Assembly (NCBI GenBank): GCA_025786725.1
Contig: JAHLTZ010000046.1
Location: forward strand, 86,202-150,201
Reading direction: 5' to 3'
DNA from: Syncephalis fuscata S228
Taxonomy: Eukaryota > Fungi > Zoopagomycota
Length of the DNA stretch: 64,000 nt
In this document: positions 41,256 to 54,598 of the stretch, one piece after another
Layout of the letters: every line of letters starts with the position of its first letter
Numbering within the stretch: position 1 is the first letter of the stretch
Position numbers and translations under genes: made by a program
The notes under the pieces: model-generated
Database searches by the model: none
Told to the model about the DNA's origin: nothing
The model's input: only the letters and a program-made list of their open reading frames with translations

Positions 41256-43641
41256 GTCGATCTTGGTAGATAAAACAAAGATTAGGATGGGATGAGTACA
41301 GAACAGGCATTGCTGGTCCAATTGATACGCAGTATTTAAATATGCGATAGAGCAGCCCACATGATCTAGATGCATACAAATACCATTTGGCAGGCAAGTC
41401 AAGGCGACATTGGTACGTCTGCACGGGTAAACCTGAATCTACAAGGCACCCGAATACAGACTTGCACTCGCAGTGTAAAATTTTCGGGTTTTAAGTTTCA
41501 ATAAGAAAAGCGAATAGCCAATTGATAGTTTAGAACGCAGCCATGTTACGTATCTCCTTATCGTATGATGCATGATGGTGTTTCATGATGAGTGCCAATG
41601 GATGGATCGTCATATGATGTATTAATGCATACCTGTTCCCATTCCATGTGACTACTGGACTTCTAAAGTGTAACTCTATGGCAAACCAATTGCAGTACAG
41701 CATGCTGTCCAAAAATAACGCGTTTGTATGAATAAGAATGTGTTATTATACATATATCTAGTTTGGCATGTGCTTATCGATTTTAGGCTTACAACGGTCT
41801 AAATAGCGTAGCTGATCGATCGCACGTCATGTAGTTTATGCGGGAAATCGACTCATTTTTTGTTTTCTCAAAGTTATATGCTACTACAACGTCTGGTAAT
41901 CTCATTATCTGGTTGTTTCCACATTTTAATATAAAAAATACCACTGGCTATTCTTAATCCGTTGTCCTGAATATACTGAAAACTACTATATAACTGATTA
42001 TTTTTATCATTATTATAAAAGATAGCAATTTTTTAAACACACTACTACAGCGGTCTAGCTATAATATTATAATAATAACATATAGTCACTGTAAAAATAT
42101 AGTTTTTTATTTCCAATAGTTATAATTGCATCAATAATATTTATACCTATTTCTAATACCTTAAAATACCAATAGAACGCTAGCTTACAGATTTGTTTTT
42201 TTAGATTATCAAGCCAATGTTATTATAATATGCAAAAACGTTAAACGTAATTTTAGTGTAGTTAAGTGATAAAATGCACAGCATTTGAATCAAAAAGCAA
42301 TGATAATACAATAGTACTAAATAATTGCTAAATTGTGTATAAATTTACGTAAAGTTAATTAAACAGTGTGATATTTTGTACAAGTATGTATATGGTATAG
42401 AGATAGCTATTAACAAAGTATAACGTAATTGTATTGCATTGTAATGCAATGGTTGCATTAATACACAAATAAATCTGAAAAATATTAGTTTTTTATCGTT
42501 TATAGGCAATATACTTAAAAGATAGCAAAACAGTTGTTGGATTTAGACTTTCCATGCTTAGCTGAACCGTTCAATATAAATATAGAGCAATAATTTTTGC
42601 AAAAAATGTTAGCCAAAATGCAATCTACGTTATTTTAGTATATCTAGTAAAGCATCAATAATACATATAGCTTTACGTAAAGCTATCTATACTATTATCG
42701 AAGCTTCATTAATCAAATCATTTCTATTGTTTTTTAATTCATATTTTACTGCTTTTTATTACACGATTACATTTAAATTATTTTTATTACTGCTGTGCTT
42801 TCATAATATTAGCACAATAATTTCACGTTCAATCTTTTAAATTAGCGTTTTATTGGTATTTCAAAGTATTATAATTATAAATAAAGTATTTTATTGCCAT
42901 GATAACTATTAAAAGTAAAAATATTACAGTTTACGATGCTCGTATCGTTACAATTCTGGTAATATGAGCATATTGTCATGATTACGTAGTTAGAAAATAC
43001 TCCATGCAACTAGACAGATATGCTAAACTACGCGTGAATAGACAAGAATATTACAAATATAGAATATCGTCAGAATAATATGTTGCTTGCTTATTTAGTT
43101 TACAGTTTCCAAAATCAAATTTGTAACATTAATAACTTTGCAGCAACATTTCTAACATGATCAAGTAAATATACTTTGATAAATTTAATATGTTACGTCA
43201 CTATCAACGTTTAAATCGAATATTCAAATCTACATATCACTACTATTAGCTATTTGCAGTGCTCATTTATAACTAATAGTCCGTTGCTATTTTACATCTA
43301 TTCTGTTTACTAAAAGCAATAGATTAATGCAGCGTTGTTGAATATATGACATTTTAAACTTTTGTCTAAATAGTTGCCTATAACATGCTAGAATTATTAG
43401 GCAAACAAATAATCAATTTTACGCTAATATTGCTAAAATCAATAGTAAACCTTTTTAAAACACATTAGACTATTTAGTTGTATCGACACTAGCAATGACA
43501 ATCTTTTACATATGCTCTGCTTAATATGACCCAACACTCACAAGTAAATCAGTAAATAAAGACAATGAATAGCAATAAAATAACCTTTATTATTTAGCAC
43601 TTTAATGCTGATCTAGTTGTAGTACTATTCATTATTCTGTT

Positions 43642-44147
43642 TCAGTTGTAAGTCGTTGCTTGCTTAGCATTTTGGGAAGTTTTTGGAAAATTATGGTTAC
43701 GGCCAAAGTTTTGTGTCCAGTAAGGTACGCCATCGCTGCCCATAGCCAGGCCACTACCGAAATATGAATAATCATTTGTTAAGTTCTCATAATAAGTACT
43801 TGAACTAATCCAGACGTCCATGGCTTGCTTCATAGATTTCAATCTGGATGCAACGTTTTCCCTTATATAGTTCCACCAGGCGCCGTCGATGAAGCAGCGC
43901 TGCAGCAACTCAGGCTCACCAGGGAATAAATGGCCATAATTATATCATTGGCTTGAACTTGGCTATGGCTCTGTGCAGCTTTGTTTAAAACAAGATGTAT
44001 TGCAAATGGTGGAAGCTTTTTTCCAGCGCGGAATTTGTTAACCAGGGAAAGCATCCCTTGTGGTGTAAAGCCAAGTAGACTGGCGCTTACTTTAACTACG
44101 CTGGCGGCGAATGCGGTAAGCATAACAAGAGTAGTGAGGAATTGCAT
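43642..44147 (-). pseudogene. Secreted CAP/SCP-domain protein gene with frameshift and motif decay
   Basis: Signal peptide; LVNKFRA..LPP..LNKAAQSHS; -1 shift at ~43933 (ATG GCC [C]AT); ENVA, W..S...ENL, YWTQNFG. The usual GEN appears as REN and the usual GH as TY. Confidence 0.75.
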
Positions 44148-45963
44148 TATGATAATGATTGCAAGTTTAAAAGTTGTGCGTAGTTATTGGTGCGTTTATT
44201 CGCTTAATCAGATAGCTGTAATCAATAAAATAAAATAGTAGTGTAAGTTGCTGGAGAAGCTATAGCTTTGTTGGGATGCTGGATCAACTATTGGCCAGAT
44301 AAATTGCTGTGTATTTATACTCAATCTTGTAGTAGCATCTGCTAAGATGTGTTTTATGGTTATAATTATGGCCAAGAGTATTCTTATTTTCTAAGTCCTG
44401 AGTAGTGTAATAAACAACGTCTCCGACCACGCCATGCTAAAACATAACAGTCCTTAATAGCATAAGATTTAATGTTTCAGGTAAACAACCAGTTATCACA
44501 TTTTTATCAAAGCCACACTTTTGCATATTATATTGCCACAATTTGCTAATAGTATTTATGTGTTATAGTTATATCGTTTATTCTTGGTATTAATGATCTT
44601 TTGCCAACAAATATATCAACACACCAACTAATGTGCTATATTGTAAAATTGGTTTATTAATTATTGCATATTGCACGTTTTATATTCTTGCAGGATACAA
44701 GTTTGCACTCATTTTATTGCAGTAAAGTTTTGATCCAACTTTCGCGGTACTGGTTTGAATTTTCATGCTTTGTTATACTTACTGATTATAATCTATTGGT
44801 TTCATTAAACCGTACTAGGACCAACTCCTATGAAATTATTCCGGCTATGTTTAGCACAATACTGCCATAGTTAGATGTTATTGATTTAAAGGTAGCTGTC
44901 CTTATTATGCATGCATTTGCTCAAGACATTGTAATAGACCAATAAACAAATGATTAGACCAATAAACTGGTATTTTATAACTATGAAGGTTCCACGTGCA
45001 ATGCAAACACAATATAACGATTGATTGCAATAGATTCAATTACTACAATGTGGTTATTGGTTTTATTGATTTAATAACAAATTTATTTTTTATTAACCAC
45101 TAATCATCATAGTTTAATTATAATAAACTGAATAATTGTATGATACCAAATAGAAATAAAATGGAAGTAAAAGTTTATTGTCTTCATTGATATAGAATAA
45201 AGCTACAATTATATAGTAAGTATAGCTAGTAATGAAGCTTGAGCATTTTGTAGTATCTCATCATTAATGCAGCATATCAGTTCATGTGTCTGCTCATATG
45301 CTCACAGCCAATAAATAGCTACTCGCCATATTGTTTTAATAGTCGCTTGTTTTTCAGTAATTAGTGTTGATATTCGATATAAGTACATATCATTATCATC
45401 TGTTTAATCAAATAATGCATTTTTAGTCACACCATTAAATATAACAGTATTAAACTTAAAGTTGTAGTGTCTGTGTTGTGAAATTACGTATGGCTAGATT
45501 GTATAATAAGACGGCAATGTCAAGCTATGTTAAATGTAGCTATACACAATTTACATTATAGCTATTGCCAATTGATGAGTACCATCGTACCAACATCAAT
45601 ATAGGCCCTCACCAATCATATAGTAATAATAATAATAATGATAATAGATTTGCTAATATTTATTAGTTGCTGATACAAATAGAACATGAATATAGGTGCG
45701 ACAACTTAATTACATATAGCTAAATTAAGTCATTTCATTACTACAATTTTTGCATATTTGAATAGACACAGATAAATCAAATCGTTAGTAATGTAATAGT
45801 AACATTGGTGGAAAAATCAATAAGTGGAGTATTGGATATGGCTTGATATGAATGAGCTAAACGCAGTTCTTGAATGATTTTGATTTTTTTAAATATATAC
45901 CTAAAATATATTGAGCTAGCAGTTAATTTGCACCACCAATGCTATTTTTAAAAGCACCAGTCA

Positions 45964-46938
45964 TTCTATGTTTGTAAATAAATATAGCGCATGCTACATT
46001 AGTGTATAGGTCATCAATATATAATATTACTTACAAGCTGTTTATAACGTTGTTAATATATAGTGCGTAGCATTTAGTTGGTATATAAACTAATCATGCA
46101 AATTGCTACTTACCACCTATTAGTATAAGTTATCAAACACACAAAATACGTAGCATCTGTTTAATAAATAGTTAGTTAATATAGATTGCTACTTATGAAC
46201 TGTTGGCGATAGATACTAAGTGTCCATAGTGTATAATATATGATTAGTATATTGTTAATAATATGCGGTATGGCTTACTGTCTATTAATATCAAATTATT
46301 AAACGTGCAATGCATAGTATATTTTTAGTGCATAGCTAAATAATACAAGATTTTACTTACGAGCTATTAATGTTAAATCAATAAAACACCCGGTAAATAT
46401 AATATGATTAGTACATGATTAGTCAGCAAGGTCTTACTTACGAACTATCAGTATTAAGTTGTTGATAAACACAGCAATAGCATACCATTAATGTATGGTC
46501 AATAATATACAATGTCACTTACAATCTATTAATATTAGGTTGTTAATATGCACAATAAATAGCATGTAATTAATGTATATTTTGTTAATATACAATTTCA
46601 CCTACCAGCTATAATAGTGTATTATTAATATGCGTAGTACACAGTTTGTAATTAGTGGGTAGCCAAACAATATACAATTTGAATTACTTCCTATTAGTAC
46701 AAGTTTTAAACACACGCAACGTATGGAATATAATTAAAGCATAGCTAATCAATATACAATACAACTTACGAGCTATCAATGTTAGTTTGAGAATAAAAGT
46801 AATATTTAATTAAATGAGTAATTAGTTATTGTGATTGTAACATATTACGACGAATTAAACTAGCTTAGTATACACTATGGCTATATTAAGCACAAAAGCC
46901 ACGACAATGGTACAGACGACGGCAACAGAAAGCTTCAT
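45964..46938 (-). CDS. Micro-exon secreted-peptide gene: signal-peptide exon plus ten 3-nt exons (in-frame TAA in exon 1 as assembled)
   Basis: Exon 1 is 46849-46938 (MKLSVAVVCTIVVAFVLNIAIVYTKLV*). Micro-exons at 46770-72, 46688-90, 46606-08, 46523-25, 46442-44, 46361-63, 46279-81, 46197-99, 46114-16 and 46035-37, each flanked by YAG and GTAAGT-like sites, with introns of 76-80 nt. Confidence 0.7.
46029..46848. repeat. Degenerate ~81-bp tandem array (intron + 3-nt exon unit), ten units
   Basis: Recurrent plus-strand motif AATATACAAT...ACTTAC-NNN-CTAT(T/C)AAT(A/G)TTA at a period of 79-83 nt. Confidence 0.85.
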
Positions 46939-47980
46939 GGTGATATTGATTTGTTATAAGCAGCAATTAGAATAAGCAATGGAATGTGTTTGCTACAAAA
47001 TAAACAATAACGAGTAGTTGACGGCAATTAGAGTGCAATAACGATATCGCGGATTACTTGTGTGTATTATGCGGGCTATTTAAATTTATGATTACGCTGA
47101 AATAGCAACATGACTTATTGTATGGGAGATACAATTAATGTGTAGTATGAACCAACAATAGCAATGACATCACACTGTCTTTGTTCTCTTTTTTTCAAAC
47201 TTTCAATGACAACGTTTGCATACTCCATGAACAAAAGCCATAAATTATATTACTGTAACATTAATGTGTTATAAGATATTTTTGCACAATATGTTTTATT
47301 GTTTGTAAACAAGTTGTCACTTCTTGAACCATAAAACATACTTATTGCTTTATTTGTGCGCTCAGTTTGATGTTGTAGCTACTGTTACAGGAACGAACAA
47401 CATGCTTAATCCACAAAGGCATTATGTCTAAGCATAAATTTGTACATTGTATACTATTGTTGAAATATCAGATGGCCATTGGTCGAGATTCATATGGAAT
47501 GGGCATTGTAATAAACAATATTCGTAATGTAGTGTATCACAACACTTTCAACAATAAACATTTCAGTCTTATTGATGTCACTGGTTAGGCAATTGTAGTG
47601 TAATCTGCATTTGAAAGACTATATGCGATACAATGTGTAGACGCTAGGCTAGGTATATCAAGCAGTTCCAGCCATATACTATTATCTTTGAACATATAAT
47701 GGTAGTGAATTGCATCTCAGCCAGTGATTACACAAAGCCTAATTGATTCCAGATGCCTCTAAAACAATCCTAACATCACATCACAGAATATTGCTTACAA
47801 AATAATAAACAAAAGTAGCAACCACTGAAAAAGCAATTTGATTTTACTAAGACAAGATAGCCATTACTTTTATTGTTCATTTAAGAGGCGAGTTTTGTAA
47901 AGAATCATCAATTTTATTAAAGAATAGGTTGATTAACTTCTTTCTCCTCTATTTTTCTTCAACACACATACGTACACAAG

Positions 47981-48376
47981 ATGACTCGAGTGGGCAACGA
48001 CGAGGTATATTGTCATAAAACAAGCATATTTGTTAAGCATTCCATTAATTGTACTTAGTTTCTCAAGCAAATTCCATTATTATTTGCTGGTGCTCGTGAT
48101 AAAAACACGGTTTACTTGACTCAAAAGCGCTGTAAGTAATGGCGGCTATTTGACACCGCTTTCTATTTAACTCGGCATCCTGTTAAATATAGACGATTAC
48201 GAGACAAAGGCCAAACGAGCACTTAGAACTCATCAAGATGACAAAGCTGAGCGAGAATACGCGTGTGTTTGGCGAATCACTTGTGCCAAGGAGAAATTCA
48301 GTACAGTTGTAAGTGTTAAACATAACACATAGCTCAACAGCGTTAATATCAACGTCTTATTAATAATGCACAATTA

Positions 48377-48407
<31 letters not shown>

Positions 48408-48549
48408 GGTGGAGCCAGAAAATTTAGCAACATTTCTAACCGGATATGCTGCAGCTGTTCGTTCACAAGCCACGTCATTAAAGAAAAAGGATAAGCGACG
48501 TAAACGCAATCCAGCCAAATCAACTGGACCTGCAACAACAACATCTTAA
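47981..48549 (+). CDS. SRP14: Signal recognition particle 14-kDa subunit
   Basis: Four exons: MTRVGNDEFLKQIPLLF...TVYLTQKR...CVWRITCAKEKFSTVVEPENLATF..Y...LKKKDKRRK; absent from the ORF track. Confidence 0.85.
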
Positions 48550-48615
48550 AATAAATAGTATAACAGATAAAGACTGGTTTATTCTTATTTCAGACAGCAG
48601 TTCTCCCTTTGTGCA

Positions 48616-51570
48616 TTAGCCTAGTAGATCGGCAAATGGATCATGGGCAGGTTTCGTTTGTGTAGACGATTGATTAGAAGTGTTGTTGTTCTGCAAATTG
48701 TTGCTGCCAAATGGTGTTAGAGCCGATGATGGCGATGTTATGGAGGATGATGATGTTGGTGCACCACCAAATATATCAAGCAAATCATTCATTGCCCCTC
48801 CTGAAGTGGCCGATCCATGAGAAGTGGCCGGTACCATGGAAGTATTACCCGCTGGTACAAGTGCATTCATGTTATTGGGTGCATCCAATAGATCCATTAG
48901 TGATGGTGCCGACTGTTGTTGCGAAGTAGATGATATTGGAGAGATTGCACTGGAAGCAGGCGGTGAAGGTGACATGTCAAAATCAAGATCCAATAAATCC
49001 TCAACGGCACTTTTCTGTACTTGAGCTGCCACGGCAGCCACCGCTTCCTCAGCCGAGTTAGGAATACTAATGGATAATAGCTAATTAGATCAATAAATAG
49101 TACAGGTTCACTGGTAAACTTACTGAACAGTTTGTAATGCTGAATCCAATCCTACACGCTCGGTACCAACAATAGACTCTGGTAATTTGTGATAGACCGA
49201 GGATAGCGTTGATAAGTTACGAATTAACACGTCAAGTAATGGTGGCGATACTGTTTGAATCTCCATGTTAATTGGTGGCTTTTCTGCTAATACAACAGCC
49301 TAACAAATTGGTATAATTACTTAGTGTTGTGTATATGCATATAGCCGTTGTACTTACTTTAGCAGCATCTGGATTCGATGAAAGCAATCGCCAGTAAATA
49401 TAGGCTCTGTCTCGGATATCTGGATTGTCGCACTCTTTCGTGGCTGCTTCTAGCGTTTGAATCACAATATCTTGACCGTCACTTGGTCGTCGTAAAAACA
49501 TTTTTACAACTGCTGTTACAATTTGTAATTGCACCTAATTAATCAAAATTTGTTAATTACTAATCATCACTGCGGTCGTTTCAATATTACCATAGTTTCT
49601 TCCTCTTTAAAGTTTTCAAGGAATTCGCCAAGAAGAGGTGCGGCATTATCAATACGATCAGCGTATTCTCCAAGAATCCAGATTAACGATGCCTTGGCCT
49701 CTGGCTCATCAAGAACATCGAGATTCTCGTTGAGCACCGGTATAATGCCTTCATATTGATGTGGATACTTGCGGAATATATCCTATAAATACGATATTGG
49801 CATATTAGTACGTTAGTATGTTGAAATAAACACATATTTTATATGCAGCCATTTACCTTTATTACAATCACTGCTTCTTGCACGACATGATTCACTTTAG
49901 TGCGTATAAGTTCGAGCAATACATTGACGCATCGTTCTGCGGCCGGCTCTAGCTTAATAGCACATCGGCCAATGGCTCGCACCGATCGTCGAACAAAATC
50001 GATATCCACTTCATTGGCATACCTATATAAAGTTACAGTATTAATTATCAGCTAATAGTGTTGTAATTTAATTGCCTACTCTTGTAGCTCAGTTAACAAA
50101 TGGTCAATATTCTGTTCATTGGCTAATTTAATAAGGATTTCCAATTTCTCAAGCTTTACATATAGTGGATCATTATAGCGGCAGAAAAAAACACGCATCT
50201 CATTGCCCAGTAGATTGGGCTGCTTTTGTAGAATAAGACTGATATTACGCAGTGCTACATACTGAACTTCAGGTGCCGAAGATAGTAATGTCACTAAGTT
50301 TGCAAAATATATAATGAGGTTAGTTTCTATTAATCTAGCTAATGCATTAATGCTAACCTAAAGGGGGTGTCATTTTCTTTAGTATTTGTTCCCGGAATTC
50401 TTCATCTTCAATGTACGGCATAAATACGAGTAGAATCTATCACAAGTGATTATAAATATTGCTTAAATACCAATACAGTTTATTCACTTACTCTAACTGC
50501 CACGAGTACTACACTGCCATTGGCGTGTTGTAGTCGAGGAATGACACGTTCACACACATTGGTAGCATCTTCACTATCTGATGGTATGTAATTAACAATA
50601 GCCGTTAAAATAGCAATCTGTCCCCATCTAAAGATTTAGTGATCAAATTAGTATTATTATTATATAATAATAAAGTTTAAAATACTTACTCGGTACACTC
50701 ATTGAGTGCAATAAGCAATTTACTAAGCATGGCCGAATCCACTGCAAATAAATCGTTTGTATCCGATGCTTCATTAATGTCCATCAGTGCTGTTACTGCA
50801 TTGGCCACCACCTAATGTTATACCAATAAGCCATTAATAATAAATACAGCTGTATATATTACCATTGGATTAGAGTCGGCAACGAGTTCACGAAGTACAT
50901 CGATAAATCCATTGTCAACGGCCAGTTCCGGGCTAAGATCGTACAATTTTGCCACGTTAATCGCTGCCGTCTTTCGTACGTATGGATTATCATCACGTAG
51001 ACACTTCATCAATGGCTCACTAATAAAGTCAAGCATTTTATCCACTCGAATACATCCCATGGTACGAATGGCCAATGCACGAATCAATGGATTTCTATCG
51101 CTCGTATCCTAATAAAATCAAATAATCGGTATGATTAGAAATACACATTAGCTTGTATTAATTCAGCTCTTACTTTTACAAACGTATTAACAGCTAGAAT
51201 GACTAGTTCAGGCTGAGTCTTTGCATAATTCATTAAATAAAGATATACGAGCTTTTTTAGTTCTAGGTCGTCCGTTTGCATGTTCTTCAACATATCAGGG
51301 AATAGACTGCTAACATCTTTGCCTATTGTCATTTGCGCAATAACGCGCTTGACCGTTTCCTTGCGTCGTATACGCTCATCGCTATTCAAGTCAGAGCGTA
51401 ATTCTGTCAGTTCGCCTATTGAACCAGGATAAATAACGTTATACAGCCGTGCCAGTACTATACTTGCCTCGACGTGTGTTGGCAAAGTAGTTTGGTGCTC
51501 GTACAGCCGCGATAAAATCATTGACAGCACGCTCAACATCTGACAATTGAATATTGGCAAGGGTATTCAT
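48616..51570 (-). CDS. APL2: Beta-adaptin, most like fungal AP-1 complex subunit beta
   Basis: [20 protein letters not shown] (joined by GC-AG intron 51416-51467), [65 protein letters not shown], clathrin-box-like LLDLD hinge; no ear domain. Confidence 0.85.
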
Positions 51571-51685
51571 TGTCAAATGCAAATTGCGTACCCAGTGCTA
51601 TGTATATTTAAAGACTACAGTGGCAGTAAAGGAGCTGCTAGCTGAAATTCAATAGATGAAAGATGGAGTATAGCAATATGAAGTA

Positions 51686-51714
51686 GTGTGCGTGTGTGTG
51701 TGTGTGTGTGTGTG
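51686..51714. repeat. (GT)n microsatellite
   Basis: Direct reading. Confidence 0.9.
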
Positions 51715-52049
51715 GCAATTTATTCCTCACCTATTAAAGTAATAATAATGATTCGTTTTAATAATAAGCTATCACCAGTTTCTACACTGGAATATACAAT
51801 TTGTTAACGTGGTGTAATGGCAACTCCGCTAATTTCAGGCAGAATTAAGCTAATCATAGTATTTTCAATATTTGCTAGTAAGTAGTAAATTATTCAAGTA
51901 GATGTATACTTGCATAATGTATTCACTATCTTTATACATACTTGGTATATATGATAACGACTTGTACTGTTAGAAATGAATCTATCAACTACATTTTTAT
52001 TCTATTACTTTATAACATATTTATTTATTTAAGCTGATAGTTTATCATT

Positions 52050-53361
52050 TTATTCAGTATCAGTATCAGTATCAGTATCAGCATCACCTATGGCAGCAAA
52101 ATCAATCGCCTATACCAATTTTTAATTAATAAAATATTTATTAATAGTATTTAATAATTGCTAGTAACTTACATGACCACCATCGGTAATAGGTGCTTTG
52201 GAAGTTGTCTCTTCATGCGTACTTCTTCGTGCTGCGCGTGTTTTTGTTTCCATTACAGCATTTAAATTTAAAGCTATGCAAAGCTATATTACACAATAAA
52301 TGGCCTTTAATAACAACCTACATTCCTGTTCTGCTTTTAATTCACGTTTAATAGCAACTTGTTTACATTTATCCAATGTTGGCCTCCCTATATTAAATAG
52401 TTATCGTATAATATCATTAAAAAAATGCATTCTAGAAACCTTTAATGCCCAATTCTTCAAGTATAGACTGTAGTCGTCGAATCTGCTCCTTGCCAGTCTT
52501 GCAGTCGGCCAGTTCTTTAGACCTGTAACATATGTAAATAAAATGACTTGTTATTTACTAATTATCATACCATTGCTTACGTACACCACATTTAAGGATG
52601 TATTTCTTTAATGTATCAATCTTTTTAGCTTCTATGTCAGTTTTTACAATATTGTCTTTGGTTGACTAAATTGTAACAGTGTAAATATTTAACTAATATG
52701 ATTTTAATTATAGTCACCGTTGTTGATTTGGAAGTTGATTTTGCAGTATTTAATTTACGTGATTTTTTCACTAATGATTTTACTGAGTTTTTTACAGGAT
52801 CTATTAACTGATTTATACGGTATTTAGCTATTTGTTCTATTACTTCATAGGTAACTTACTTCTTCCGACGATTCTGTTTCTGCATGACTACTTTCTGATG
52901 AAATAATTGCATTTGATCGGCGCTTCTTTCCTTCCACTTGTTTATCGGTAGTGCTACTCTTACTGCTAGATGCCACTGCCGACTTTGACTTGCTGCGTTT
53001 GTCAGTCTTACTTTTGGCTACATCTGCTGGTGCTTGACTTAATATTGCCGCCTAATTATTATTATTATTATTATTAATAGCTATAATAAAGTATAGCAAC
53101 ATACATATTCTTGTTTAAGAAGCTCTTTTATGGTTAGTTTAGCGTCTGCAACATCCAGCGATTTATCCGGTAGTTGAAAGTGCTCTTCAAGTTGTCGACG
53201 CAACAGCCTTTCGGTTAGCGTTCTAATCATTATTAAAATGACGAAAAGTATGTAATCCCGTCTGCATCTACTTACTCAACGTCGCTCTCTTTCAAAATAT
53301 CGCGAATAGTTTTACAAAGAAGCTCTTGCTTTTTTAGAATAGCGTTAACAGTAGTGGTCAT
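52050..53361 (-). CDS. HIRIP3-like chromatin protein (DEK-C-like N-terminus, Lys/Ser-rich linker)
   Basis: Spliced reading IRDILKESDVETLTERLLRRQLEEHF, LKKYILKCGVRKQWSKEL, LEELGIKGRPTLDKCK..KREL..E, acidic (DT)n tail. Confidence 0.7.
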
Positions 53362-53477
53362 TGTGGTAAAGTGTAGGTATTAAAACTTTTTGCTTAACTA
53401 TTTTACTTTGTCCCTTAGCTTTTTTTCCACTTTTCTCGCCTTCAATCCTTCAAATCATTATTTATTTAATATTATGG

Positions 53478-54130
53478 AGCTACTGTACTTTGACTCCCTA
53501 TCTTTAAACTGAAAGTTAAAAAGATTCATAACTCAAGTAAGCCGTTGATCAATTTTAATACTGAAAAGTGATTTGTTGAAGTAATGCTACATCAACTCCG
53601 ATTGAATCAATCAGTCTTAGTTAATTTGCACTATTTTCAATATTAAAATAGATATTAAATAGTAGTTTCATGTCGCTTACAATAAAATATAATAAATAAA
53701 TGTTAATCCATATCATTGCTACTGTAAAGTATTCAAAGCATTATAATTTGCTTATTTAATAGCACTCACCATTTAGTTCCATGTTTAGTAGAACAACAAT
53801 GTGTAGTTCAATCAAGTAAAGAATGTCAATTTCGATCTTTTGACACTGAATCACCTTAGTCTATTTATTAATTATTAGATTGGAGTTATTCTATTTTAAC
53901 TTTCACATCTTTTCTTTATCCATTTCACTTCCCTTTTCTTACCACTTTTAAATACAATTAAACACTCATTTATCAGTGTGACATGTATAATATTACATCC
54001 AACATTAATTAATTCATGTTTAATTATTAATACAATGACGTAATTACTTAGTTATCTTGATTATTGCTTTAACATATATATATATTGTCATTTATTTAGT
54101 CAAATTGGCTATAGGGAAATGGCTGTTTTA
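53478..54130. repeat. Inverted repeat, left copy (partner 61708-62390)
   Basis: Near-identical reverse complement over ~600 bp, with a ~30-bp indel near the inner end. Confidence 0.9.
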
Positions 54131-54598
54131 CTAAAGAATAAATGACAATAATAAGATTTCATTAAATTAAAAGATTAAAAGCCATTCACCCCGTATGTGA
54201 CTGGTATAGCTTTTGCATTTCTTTGCAACAATCTCCTACGCTTGTCCCTCCATAATTTGTCATTGTTTGTATGGGCTAGTATATTGGTGCAACACCTTTG
54301 GTGCCTAAAAAGGTCCCTTCGACTTTTGAATTCGCCTATTACTATTTTGATACAAAAACATGTGGTCACTGTCTAAAATAAGTCAATCTGTTACTTGGAA
54401 ATTGTACGCTTTTAGTAGATGAATTAAAGATTTAAAAAAATTTACCGCGCACAGCACCTCCTCTAAATTATTTCAATCTCTCCTAATTGCTCGTAGCTTT
54501 AATTTTTTTAACGAAAACTCTAATAATTATATTCGCCATCTAATTTCTATTATATCTATTGCATAATTTACCATTTGCCACTTGCGCTAATTAATCTA

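Noticed and set aside
40938-41402. 154-aa ORF-track protein
   Set aside because: It runs through an intron with a perfect branch site; the spliced 32-aa product fits better.
41900-43600. Search for further YAG-NNN-GT micro-exon arrays in the other AT-rich spacers (also 3000-5500, 57400-58500, 61000-63300)
   Set aside because: No periodic splice-site pairs found by eye; a computational scan would be more sensitive.
46029-46848. CRISPR-like reading of the ~81-bp periodic array
   Set aside because: Eukaryotic context with no cas genes; the conserved part is splice donor/acceptor sequence around a 3-nt variable core rather than a 23-50-nt repeat with unique spacers.
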